Shown here: piece after piece, positions 7,814-16,611 of the stretch
How the letters are laid out: each line of letters opens with the position of its first letter
Numbering within the stretch: the first letter of the stretch is position 1
Source of the DNA: Pseudanabaenales cyanobacterium
GTDB lineage: Bacteria > Cyanobacteriota > Cyanobacteriia > Phormidesmidales > Phormidesmidaceae
DNA length: 28,370 bases
Assembly: GCA_022360135.1 (NCBI GenBank)
Contig: JAKSDM010001206.1
Coordinates: 1 to 28,370 of the forward strand
Reading direction: 5' to 3'
Program-made: the position numbers and the translations under genes
Notes under the pieces: model-generated
Told to the model about the DNA's origin: nothing
The model's input: the letters and a program-made list of their open reading frames with translations, nothing else
The model's database searches: none

Positions 7814-8633
7814 ATTTCTCATAGCCAAAGAACTCCAGAGCAGGACTTGCTTCACGATTAAATTCATCAATCATTTCATCTGATAGTCTATCTATCTGCC
7901 TTTGATTCACATTTGGCTCTAGTATCTGATTTATGCTCTCCCTATCAAACCAATACTTCCGCCGCTCTTTTCCGAAAATAACTCTGTGTTCCCCTTGTTC
8001 AGTAATTACCTTTTTTGATTTAAATCGAAGCTTTTCTAGTTGGCGAGGACAAACATCTAAGAAGGTAGATAAATCCTCGATAACCTCGAAAGGGTTTTGA
8101 AGAATGTCCTCAAATTTGATCATTTTGAATCTGAGAATAACATCAGCATATCTTTTCATCTCTTCTGAAATCTGATAATACAATTGACCTACTCTGGCTG
8201 CAGTTCTCCCTCTTCTGAGATATCCATCGACTAATGCATAGCCATTTCGAGTAAGTGCTATGAAATACAAATCCGGATACACTTTGAGTAAGAGATCGGT
8301 GAGAAAAATATCTCTATTTACAGATTTGAGGCAGAGTGCTGTATTTGCAATCTGTTCGTGGGTATAGAGTTCTCCCTCAGCAATGAATCTGTCATCAGGA
8401 TGTTTAAGACTCAGTAATTTAAACCTAAACAATTGATTGTCTATGATTCGCTGGTAATCAATGATTTGTTCAGCAAGCAAGCGACAAAACCATAGCGCCC
8501 AAGACCTATAGAATAGTTCTCCAGTCTCGTATATTGGTGAGCAAATTTCAGGATGTGATTGCAATAAATTCCATGCAATATTTGTGCCTCCTCTTGCAAA
8601 ACCACTTATGACGATGACCTTGGTATTCAGCAC
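7806..8633 (-). CDS. Sulfotransferase-family protein (divergent)
   Basis: N-terminal GFARGGTNIAWNLLQSHPEI resembles the 5'-PSB loop (GxxRSGT..L..LL..HP); FIALTRN and IKFEDILQNP match later sulfotransferase segments. GTG start with GGAGGA 9 nt upstream. Confidence 0.7.
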   Translation of the reverse strand: MLNTKVIVISGFARGGTNIAWNLLQSHPEICSPIYETGELFYRSWALWFCRLLAEQIIDYQRIIDNQLFRFKLLSLKHPDDRFIAEGELYTHEQIANTALCLKSVNRDIFLTDLLLKVYPDLYFIALTRNGYALVDGYLRRGRTAARVGQLYYQISEEMKRYADVILRFKMIKFEDILQNPFEVIEDLSTFLDVCPRQLEKLRFKSKKVITEQGEHRVIFGKERRKYWFDRESINQILEPNVNQRQIDRLSDEMIDEFNREASPALEFFGYEKYG

Positions 8634-8956
8634 AGTCGTTATTCCTCCATCAACCGGCCTTGAGGTCAGCGGTGTGAGACAGCGTGAGATTGCTTTCCAA
8701 CGGAGTCAGACACTTTGCTTACACGTCTACTATTCTCAAACCCATGTTAGCCTGGTTACCGCCTAAACCATCAAGAAACTGGCAACTCAGATTTAATCCT
8801 TCGCCATGGATTAAGTGACTTAGGAGACTCAATGGTATCATTGCTGAAGCTGAAGTTAAATAGTGCAACCTGTCGGGAATACTAAGGGCCAGGTATCTGC
8901 AACATAGCTATCCCCTCTCACCTAGTTTCAACTCTTAGATAAGTGCAAGCGGTGAT

Positions 8957-10129
8957 ATGAGCGTGCGACTATTTTCCAGAATCCCCTTAGCATGGCTACA
9001 ACTAACCAGAAATAAGGTCCGTCTCTTAGTCGCTTTGATGGGGATTACCTTTGCAGTTGTGCTCATTTTCATTCAACTTGCCTTTTTGGACTCCCTATAT
9101 GAGAGTCAGACAGCCTTACACAGAAGTCTCAAGGCTGACCTGGTATTGATTAATCCTGAAATGAAGACGTTAGCAAGTAAAAGAAATTTTTCTCGTCAAC
9201 ATTTATATCGCGCTTTAAATTTTGACCAGGTAGCATCGGTTAACTATCTCTATCATGGTCAACAGACCTTTAAATACAAGGGCAGTGCTGGTGGTAAAGG
9301 AATCATTATTGTGGGAGTTAATCCAGAAGCACCACCCTTTGAAATCCCTAATTTTGATCAGCTGGCGCCTCAGCTTAGAACGACAGGTACAGTTTTATTT
9401 GATCAGAATTCTGATCTTAAGGAATATGGCAACATTGTCGAAGATTTGCAATCCGGTAAGCCGATAACTGCAGAGGTCGGAGATCGAAAAGTTTGGATTG
9501 GTGGAGCCGTTGACTTTGCAGGCGCTTCATTTGCAGACGATGGAAACTTGATTGCCAGCAGCGCAACTTTTTTGCAAATTATACCTCATCGTAATGCAGA
9601 TGATATAACCATTGGTTTGATCACGCTAAAACCGGATGTTGACAAACAAAAATTTCTGAATGGAATGGCGGCTCAGTTACCGGAAAATGTTCAAGTAATG
9701 ACGCTTCAAGACTTTATCGATCTTGAAAAACATTACTGGTCTACGAGTGCGCCAATTGGATTCGTTTTTGGTATGGGTGTCCTCGTCGGTTTTCTGGTGG
9801 GGGTAATCATTGTTTATCAAATTCTTTACAACGAAGTTTCTGACCATTTGCCAGATTATGCAGTCCTGAAAGCAAGAGGCTATAAGCATCGTTACTTTTT
9901 AGGGATTCTTTTCCAGGAAGCTTTACTTCTAGCGATCCTGGGTTATATTCCTGGATTCGCCATCTCTTTAGGACTTTATGATGTGACTAAAGACGCCACC
10001 GCTCTCCCCATTCATATGACGTTTCAAAGAGCATCACTGGTGCTTTTACTCACCATTATGATGTGCTTCATGTCCGGCGCTATTAGTATGCGTAAATTGC
10101 GGGAGGCAGATCCAGCAGAACTTTTCTAA
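8957..10129 (+). CDS. devC: DevC-family ABC exporter permease (FtsX-like)
   Basis: RIPLAWLQL...RLLVAL.GI.FAVVLIF.QL, IGFVFGMG, YQILYNEVSDHLPDYAVLKARGY, LREADPAELF. Confidence 0.9.
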   Translation: MSVRLFSRIPLAWLQLTRNKVRLLVALMGITFAVVLIFIQLAFLDSLYESQTALHRSLKADLVLINPEMKTLASKRNFSRQHLYRALNFDQVASVNYLYHGQQTFKYKGSAGGKGIIIVGVNPEAPPFEIPNFDQLAPQLRTTGTVLFDQNSDLKEYGNIVEDLQSGKPITAEVGDRKVWIGGAVDFAGASFADDGNLIASSATFLQIIPHRNADDITIGLITLKPDVDKQKFLNGMAAQLPENVQVMTLQDFIDLEKHYWSTSAPIGFVFGMGVLVGFLVGVIIVYQILYNEVSDHLPDYAVLKARGYKHRYFLGILFQEALLLAILGYIPGFAISLGLYDVTKDATALPIHMTFQRASLVLLLTIMMCFMSGAISMRKLREADPAELF

Positions 10130-10140
10130 ATTTATTTTTT

Positions 10141-10273
10141 GTCACTTGTCACTTGTCACTTGTCACTTGTCACTTGTCACTTGTCACTTGTCACTTGTCA
10201 CTTGTCACTTGTCACTTGTTACTTGTTACTTGTTATCTGACCAATGACCAATGACCAATGACTCATGACTTAT
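10141..10273 (+). repeat. STRR-type heptamer array, bipartite
   Basis: 19 in-phase heptamers: 11x GTCACTT, 2x GTTACTT, GTTATCT, 3x GACCAAT, GACTCAT, GACTTAT. GACCAAT is a rotation of the reverse complement of STRR2 TTGGTCA. Confidence 0.95.
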
Positions 10274-10334
10274 GTCCCTGCTAGTTCGATAACGATCTAA
10301 GTTAATACCTTCTTTGAGCACACTTCATAATACT

Positions 10335-11876
10335 ATGACGGCTCAATCTATTGTTTCAGTTCAGAATCTAAATCACTTTTTTGGAGAAAATACACTCCGA
10401 AAACAAGTTTTATTCGATGTCAATCTTGAGATTCGCCCTAAAGAATTTGTCATCCTGACTGGGCCTTCCGGTTCGGGTAAAAGTACCTTGTTGAGCCTGA
10501 TTGGTTGCTTGCGCTCAGTTCAAACCGGAAGTCTTAAGGTCTTGGGTCAAGAGCTTAATGGGGCTAATAATAGCCAGTTAATCCAGGTCCGTCGTCACTT
10601 TGGCTTTATTACCCAATCCAGTAACCTACTTCATTTTCTGACGGCCCAGCAAAATGTACAGATGTCGCTAGAATTACATCCGGAACTTTCGGGGCAAGAT
10701 AGGCGTACAAAGGCAAAAGCCATTTTGGAAGCAGTTGGATTGGGCGATCGCATTGCCTACTATCCTGATAGCCTATCAGGTGGACAGCGCCAAAGGGTGG
10801 CGATCGCCAGCGCCCTAGTCACCAATCCCAAATTGATGCTGGCCGATGAACCCACCGCTGCTTTAGATCGAAAGTCAGGCCGGAACGTGGTCGCCTTGAT
10901 GCATCGATTGGCAAAGGAGCAGGGAAGCGCTGTCTTGATGGTTACCCACGATAATCGCATCCTTGATCTCGCCGATCGGATCATCAACGTTGAAGACGGC
11001 AAGCTGGGATTAGCCGTTAGTCAAGAACTCTCTATTGCATTACCAGGCTTTAACGCCGCCCTGCTTGAGAAAAGCGATACAAAACCGACCGTCCTCACCT
11101 ATGAAGCTGGCGAGATTATCGTGCGACAAGGTGAAACCGCTACTAAGTTCTATGTCATTCTCGAAGGTGAGGTGGAGATTCTTCAAGAAACCCCTGATCA
11201 ACCCGCCAAACTTCTAAGACGGATGGGGCGGGGAGAATATTTTGGTGAAATTGGTTTGCTGCAAGGAGGTGAACGCACAGCCACAGTTCGCGTCGCCAAA
11301 GATTCAGAAGTCAAAGTTATGGTGATTGAGGAAACGCTTTTTCGACTTCTGATCGCCGATTCTGACCTCACCAATACCGATGTGGCTCGCCGCCTGCATC
11401 AGCGCATCATGACCAGTCACCTGGCGATCGCCTTGCCGAACCTGAGCACAGCTCGCATCACCGAGATTTTAGCTGCGGTGGAGGTGGTTCGATACGGGCC
11501 AAATTCCAATATTGTGCAACAAGGTGAGTCCGCCGATCGGTTTTACTTGATTTCTAAGGGCCAGGTCGCCGTAATTAACCATCAGGACGATGGCCAGGAA
11601 GCCACTCTCCGCACAATGCAAGCGGGTGAATACTTTGGTGAGACCGAGCTAATGAACAGACAAGACTATGGCTTTACGATTCGAGTGCTTCCTGAAGCCA
11701 GTGTTGAAGTCATGGTGTTAGACCGGACAACCTTCTGTAGCCTGATCGTTGAGTCCAATGCCAGCCAAGACAAAGTCGCCACAGTCTTGCGTAACCGCCT
11801 CATCGGCAATACCGAATATCCCTCTGAATCTATCTCCCTCAATCAAAACGCCCTTAAATCACGTTCCTCTCCCTAA
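10335..11876 (+). CDS. devA: DevA-family ABC ATPase fused to two C-terminal cNMP-binding domains
   Basis: Walker A GPSGSGKS, LSGGQRQRV, Walker B LMLADEPT, MVTHD; then GEYFGEIGLLQGGERTATVR and GEYFGETELMNRQDYGFTIR. ATG 10335 preferred over TTG 10314. Confidence 0.9.
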   Translation: MTAQSIVSVQNLNHFFGENTLRKQVLFDVNLEIRPKEFVILTGPSGSGKSTLLSLIGCLRSVQTGSLKVLGQELNGANNSQLIQVRRHFGFITQSSNLLHFLTAQQNVQMSLELHPELSGQDRRTKAKAILEAVGLGDRIAYYPDSLSGGQRQRVAIASALVTNPKLMLADEPTAALDRKSGRNVVALMHRLAKEQGSAVLMVTHDNRILDLADRIINVEDGKLGLAVSQELSIALPGFNAALLEKSDTKPTVLTYEAGEIIVRQGETATKFYVILEGEVEILQETPDQPAKLLRRMGRGEYFGEIGLLQGGERTATVRVAKDSEVKVMVIEETLFRLLIADSDLTNTDVARRLHQRIMTSHLAIALPNLSTARITEILAAVEVVRYGPNSNIVQQGESADRFYLISKGQVAVINHQDDGQEATLRTMQAGEYFGETELMNRQDYGFTIRVLPEASVEVMVLDRTTFCSLIVESNASQDKVATVLRNRLIGNTEYPSESISLNQNALKSRSSP

Positions 11877-11989
11877 ATTTGGGATGTTGGCTGCGAGATT
11901 GGGAATTCTGTAATTTAACATTACCTATTCAACTCAACTACGTTTCCCCTATTGAGCATCGCCGCCTTACAGCCTCGGAGTGAGGATGT

Positions 11990-13225
11990 ATGACGAATAC
12001 CTTGGACATTCAGTGTGTCATCGCTAAGACAATTGTTGATATGGAAATCAGACAATCTCGATTCAAATCCAAAACATGGATGACTATCCTGCTCCTGGCG
12101 GCTGGTGTCCTGACTGCGAATACGCTTTTGCCCACGGGTTTCTTCAAGGTTCGGGAAACTCAACGGAATGTTGTTTCGGAGGTTTCTGCTAGCGAGCCTA
12201 CCCTGACCACGGTAACGGCGCTAGGACGATTAGAACCTCAAGGAGAAATCACTCGTCTATCTGCATCTAGCTCTAATCAGCGTTTGGCTCAAGTGTTGGT
12301 GGGTGAAGGGGATATCGTTCAAGCTGGGCAAGCGATTGCTGTTCTCGACAATATCGATATTCGGAAAGCGGCTCTAGAGGAGGCGCAAGCAAAAGTAAAA
12401 GCTGCTCACGCCCATCTGACTCAGGTCAGCGCCGGGGCCAAGATGGGCGCCATTAATGCTCAACAAAGCAAAATAGTCATGTTAGAGGCTCAATTGGTTG
12501 GGGATATCGAGGCTCAGAAAGCGACTATTGCTCGTCTAGAGGCAGAAGTGCGCAATGCTGAAGTAGACTATCAACGCCATCAGAATCTTTATGATTCAGG
12601 GGCGATTTCAGCCTCTCTGTTTGACACCAAGCGCACCCAAATGGAAACCTTGCGGGAACAGCTTCGAGAAGCAACCGTGACCTTAGAACGAACTGTTAAC
12701 ACGGGTCAAGCCCAAGTTCAAGCTGAAAAAGAAACTCTACAGAGCATTGCTGAAGTTCGCTCAGTTGACATAGCCGAAGCCCAAGCCCAAGTGGATGAAG
12801 CATTGGCGTTAGTGAGCAAAGCAGAGGCAGACTTGGAACTTGCCTATGTGCGATCGCCTGTGGATGGACAAATTTTGAACCTTCACGCCAAAGCGGGTGA
12901 AATTGTGGGCGGCCAGGGCTTTGCTGACATCGGTCAAACTCAACAGATGTATGTCGTGGCTGAAATCTACGAAACCGATATTCGCCATGTGCAGATTGGC
13001 CAAACAGCTGCCATTATTAGTGAATACGGTGGGTTTACGGGCGAACTCAGGGGGGTTGTGAACCAAATTGGCCTGCAAATTGACAAACCTGGCATTTCTA
13101 ATGATGATCCAGCTGCTAAGGCGGATGTCAGGGTGGTGGAAGTCAAAATTCGCCTCAATTCAGAAGACAGTGAGCGAGTCAGACATCTCAATAACCTACA
13201 AGTTCGGGCATCCATTGAAATCTGA
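11990..13225 (+). CDS. devB: DevB-family HlyD-type membrane fusion protein
   Basis: VTALGRLEPQGE, long coiled coil, VRSPVDGQIL, QMYVVAEIYETDI, RVVEVKIRL...NNLQV. GAGGA upstream of ATG 11990 (alternative start 12041). Confidence 0.9.
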   Translation: MTNTLDIQCVIAKTIVDMEIRQSRFKSKTWMTILLLAAGVLTANTLLPTGFFKVRETQRNVVSEVSASEPTLTTVTALGRLEPQGEITRLSASSSNQRLAQVLVGEGDIVQAGQAIAVLDNIDIRKAALEEAQAKVKAAHAHLTQVSAGAKMGAINAQQSKIVMLEAQLVGDIEAQKATIARLEAEVRNAEVDYQRHQNLYDSGAISASLFDTKRTQMETLREQLREATVTLERTVNTGQAQVQAEKETLQSIAEVRSVDIAEAQAQVDEALALVSKAEADLELAYVRSPVDGQILNLHAKAGEIVGGQGFADIGQTQQMYVVAEIYETDIRHVQIGQTAAIISEYGGFTGELRGVVNQIGLQIDKPGISNDDPAAKADVRVVEVKIRLNSEDSERVRHLNNLQVRASIEI

Positions 13226-13246
13226 ATAAAATTCCCAGGGCAAGGA

Positions 13247-13358
13247 TCCAGAATTCAGAATCCAGAATTTAGCTGTCACTTGTCACCTGTCACTTGTCAC
13301 CTGCCACTTGTCACTTGTCACTTGTCACTTGACCAATGACCAATGATCAATGACCAAA
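13247..13358 (+). repeat. STRR-type heptamer array, bipartite, preceded by a third heptamer
   Basis: 3x TYCAGAA (13247-13267), then 8 GTCACTT-type units (13275-13330, variants GTCACCT/GCCACTT) and 4 GACCAAT-type units (13331-13358). Confidence 0.95.
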
Positions 13359-13521
13359 GGATTCTTGCTCAGCCAGCAAGTTCTGGCGTAAGTGGATGCC
13401 CAATAAACGTTTTGGAGGCGAATTCGTGAAGAGTTGATAAACACCAAAATTCTGGCCGCAGGATTCCAGGCGCTATGGGCAATCTAGAACTAATCAAGGC
13501 GCTAGTCTTAGTCAACTCGGA

Positions 13522-14298
13522 GTGATATCGATGCCAACCAGAAAAGTAACGGCCGCCGTCAAAACATTCAGTATGTTGCTCTCATCGGCGACTTTATTGG
13601 TGACTAGTTTGATCTCCCTGCAACCCAGTTATAGTATTGAGTTTCCCTCTACTGGCAACCGAGGCGGTCCCGCTAGAACAACCGGCGGCGGTGTCCGAGG
13701 CGGCGACTGCAGGGATGGCGCGTCCCAAGCGCATCAAGTATTTTCTCTAACTCCGTTAATGCCGTTGAACATAAGCGGCGAATATCAAAATACGTTCGTT
13801 GATGATTCTGTTGTGATGCTGTTCTATGTGCCAGATGGCGTCCGCAATAAGTATGCCGAAGTCTATGTCGAAGATCCCAACACAGGTGAAGTGGTCTATG
13901 AAAGCATTTTCTTCCTGGCCACGCCTCCGAGAATTATGCAGGTGAGTTTCCCAGCTTTTTCGGAGGAAACAGGCGAGACTCTAGAGATGGATAAAGATTA
14001 TCTCTGGGAATTCGCTATTATTTGTGACTTTCGCGATCGTGGCCTTGATATTTATACTTCAGGTTACACTCGACGGGTTGCCCCCCCATCTCAACTGCCC
14101 CCAACATTTGACCAACTGCAGAACTGGACAGTCGCCAGCGCTGATAGCTATGCCCAGGCTCTGATCTGGCAAGAATCTCTGCGGATTCTTGATCATGTGA
14201 AATGTGACTCTCAAGCCGAATGGACAGAGTTTTTAAACTCTGCAGGGCTGGATCAGGCAATCACGCAAGTCAGTCTTGAGCAGTGCCGTGCTGAGTAA
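13522..14298 (+). CDS. DUF928-domain protein (predicted secreted)
   Basis: Signal-peptide-like N-terminus, GGPARTTGGGVRGG motif, L.PLMP, Y.WEF.IICD..DR, YAQALIWQESL; sits directly before a CHASE2 gene, the usual context for DUF928. Confidence 0.75.
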   Translation: MISMPTRKVTAAVKTFSMLLSSATLLVTSLISLQPSYSIEFPSTGNRGGPARTTGGGVRGGDCRDGASQAHQVFSLTPLMPLNISGEYQNTFVDDSVVMLFYVPDGVRNKYAEVYVEDPNTGEVVYESIFFLATPPRIMQVSFPAFSEETGETLEMDKDYLWEFAIICDFRDRGLDIYTSGYTRRVAPPSQLPPTFDQLQNWTVASADSYAQALIWQESLRILDHVKCDSQAEWTEFLNSAGLDQAITQVSLEQCRAE

Positions 14299-14324
14299 AC
14301 CATAAGGGCATTGGACGAATTGCT

Positions 14325-16571
14325 ATGTGGACAACGCTGCGGCAAATTCTCTGGGAATGGCGGGGAGTTGTGATCACAACCCCCAGTGTCGCCAGTCTGG
14401 TGATTTTGCTCCGGTTGGCGGGCTTGTTACAAGCCTGGGAATGGTCCGCCTTTGACCAATATATGCGCCTTCGTCCGCAAGCGCCAAGCGATGATCGAGT
14501 TGTTATTGTTGGTCTGGATGAAAATGATGTTAGATCCATTGGACAAGCCATTATTCCAGACGGTGTTTACGCCGAACTCATCAAGAAACTTCGAGCCCAA
14601 GAGCCACGTGCGATCGGGTTGGATATTTATCGTGACTTACCGGTTGAACCAGGGCACGATGAACTGATTGAGGTCTTCAAAACCACCCCCAATCTGGTGG
14701 GAATTCAAAAAGTGATTGGCGAGGCTGGACGGGACACGATCGCCCCGCCTCCGGTCTTGAAGGAACAGAATCAAGTTGGTGCAAACGATCTGGTAACTGA
14801 CGCTGATAACACAGTGAGGCGTGGATTAGTCTCCGTTAATGATGCAAACGGAGAGACGATCTATAGTTTAAGCTTGTATCTTGCACTGCTCTATCTGGCA
14901 GCTGACGGTATTGCTCCGATCATGCTAGAGGGTAGTGACGATAGTTGGTGGTTAGGTCAATCGCTGTTTAAGCCATTCGAGGCAAACGATGGGGGGTATA
15001 TTCGAGCGGATGCAGGCGGCTATCAGCAACTAATTAATTATCGAGGGCCGACCCAGACCTTTGAAACAGTGTCCCTCATGGATGTCCTGAACAATAAGAC
15101 GCCGCTAGATTGGGCGCGGGATCGGATCGTTTTGATTGGGGCTGTTGGCGAAAGTTTCCAAGATGTTGTCTACACCCCCTATAGCAGTGGTTTATTATCC
15201 ATACCAGAACCCATGTCGGGGGTGGAAGTCCATGCCAATTTCACCAGTCAAATTATTAGCGCTGCGATTGAAGGGCGTCCGCTGATTCAAACCTGGCCTG
15301 AACCTGTAGAGTGGGTCTGGATCCTTCTCTGGTCGGGCGCTGGCGCCACCTTGGTTTGGCAGACTCGGAAACCCGGAAACCTTCACAGAGGTTGGTTGCA
15401 AAGAAGCACTGTAGCAGCGGCAGCGATCGTCATCCTATTTGGTGGCGCCTATGGGGCGTTTGTAACGGGTTGGTGGATTCCTCTAGCACCCGCTTTAGTT
15501 GCCTCAGTTGGAGCCGCTACAGTTGTCACCGGGTATCTTGCCTACACCGCTGGGAATATTCGAAAAACCTTCGGTCGTTACCTGAGCGATGAGATTGTCA
15601 CTAATCTTCTGGAGAACCCAGACGCCCAGAAGTTAGGAGGAGAGAGACGTCGACTCACCATCCTCACCTCTGATTTGAGAGGGTTCACTGCTACCTCAGA
15701 GCGATTATCTCCCGAAGAGGTGCTTAAAGTTCTTAACTTCTACCTGGGGCGCATGACAGACGTAATTACCCGCTACCAGGGAACCATTGATGAGTTTATA
15801 GGCGACGGCATCCTAGTCTTGTTTGGGGCGCCGATCTGCCGAGAGGATGACGCCCAGCGTGCTGTGGCCTGTGCTGTGGCCATGCAGTTGGTAATGATTG
15901 AGGTCAATCAGACCATCCAAATATGGGGTTTGCCACCGTTGGAGATGGGCATTGGCATCCACACGGGCGAAGCGGTCGTTGGCAATATTGGTTCTGAGAG
16001 ACGCACCAAGTACGGTGTAGTTGGAAGTGCAGTAAACCTAACCTACCGGATTGAGTCTTACACCATCGGGGGGGAAATTTTGATTTCCGAGGAAACCCGC
16101 CAAGCGGCGGGATCGATTGTGCAGATTGAGAGACAAAAGGAGGTCCAACCTAAGGGTGTTCGGAGCCCCATCACTATTCATGAGGTCGGTGGAATCGGCG
16201 GCTCCTACAATCTCACCCTAATCCAGGAAGTAGAAACTTTCCTACCCTTGGCTGAAGCAATTTTAGTGCGGTATACTACGCTGCTTGGTAAGCATGTGGG
16301 GAAGACCTACTTCCAAGGATGGTTGATCCAACTTTCGGAGAAGGGTGCGTTAGTGCGCCCTGACTCCGTGGCAGATGCGTTTATGCTTCCTCTAACCAAC
16401 ATCAAACTAAATTTGTTGGGCAAGGGTGAATCGACCGTGATCAGTGAAGATATTTACGCCAAGGTCATAGAAAAACCAACAGAACCAGATAAGTTTTATA
16501 TTCGCTTTACCGCTAAGCCGCCTACCGTTAACACCCAGCTCAACAGTCTTTATCAAGCGCTCAAAGCGTAA
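14325..16571 (+). CDS. CHASE2-domain class III nucleotide cyclase, Cya2-like (guanylyl-type specificity residues)
   Basis: CHASE2 (IGLDIYRD, VLIG, GVEVHA), three TM helices, cyclase SDLRGFT, IDEFIGDG, GIHTG, KYGVVGSAVNLTYRIES; extra C-terminal domain. Confidence 0.9.
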   Translation: MWTTLRQILWEWRGVVITTPSVASLVILLRLAGLLQAWEWSAFDQYMRLRPQAPSDDRVVIVGLDENDVRSIGQAIIPDGVYAELIKKLRAQEPRAIGLDIYRDLPVEPGHDELIEVFKTTPNLVGIQKVIGEAGRDTIAPPPVLKEQNQVGANDLVTDADNTVRRGLVSVNDANGETIYSLSLYLALLYLAADGIAPIMLEGSDDSWWLGQSLFKPFEANDGGYIRADAGGYQQLINYRGPTQTFETVSLMDVLNNKTPLDWARDRIVLIGAVGESFQDVVYTPYSSGLLSIPEPMSGVEVHANFTSQIISAAIEGRPLIQTWPEPVEWVWILLWSGAGATLVWQTRKPGNLHRGWLQRSTVAAAAIVILFGGAYGAFVTGWWIPLAPALVASVGAATVVTGYLAYTAGNIRKTFGRYLSDEIVTNLLENPDAQKLGGERRRLTILTSDLRGFTATSERLSPEEVLKVLNFYLGRMTDVITRYQGTIDEFIGDGILVLFGAPICREDDAQRAVACAVAMQLVMIEVNQTIQIWGLPPLEMGIGIHTGEAVVGNIGSERRTKYGVVGSAVNLTYRIESYTIGGEILISEETRQAAGSIVQIERQKEVQPKGVRSPITIHEVGGIGGSYNLTLIQEVETFLPLAEAILVRYTTLLGKHVGKTYFQGWLIQLSEKGALVRPDSVADAFMLPLTNIKLNLLGKGESTVISEDIYAKVIEKPTEPDKFYIRFTAKPPTVNTQLNSLYQALKA

Positions 16572-16611
16572 CAGCGACAAAAAGTTAGATGACTGCTCTA
16601 GCAGGAAAAAC

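Noticed and set aside
8634-8956. NtcA site or heterocyst-specific role for the dev genes
   Set aside because: No GTA-N8-TAC found in the divergent region and no hgl/het genes nearby; Dev-like exporters are widespread in cyanobacteria.
10141-10273. CRISPR array
   Set aside because: Contiguous 7-mers with no spacers and no cas genes.
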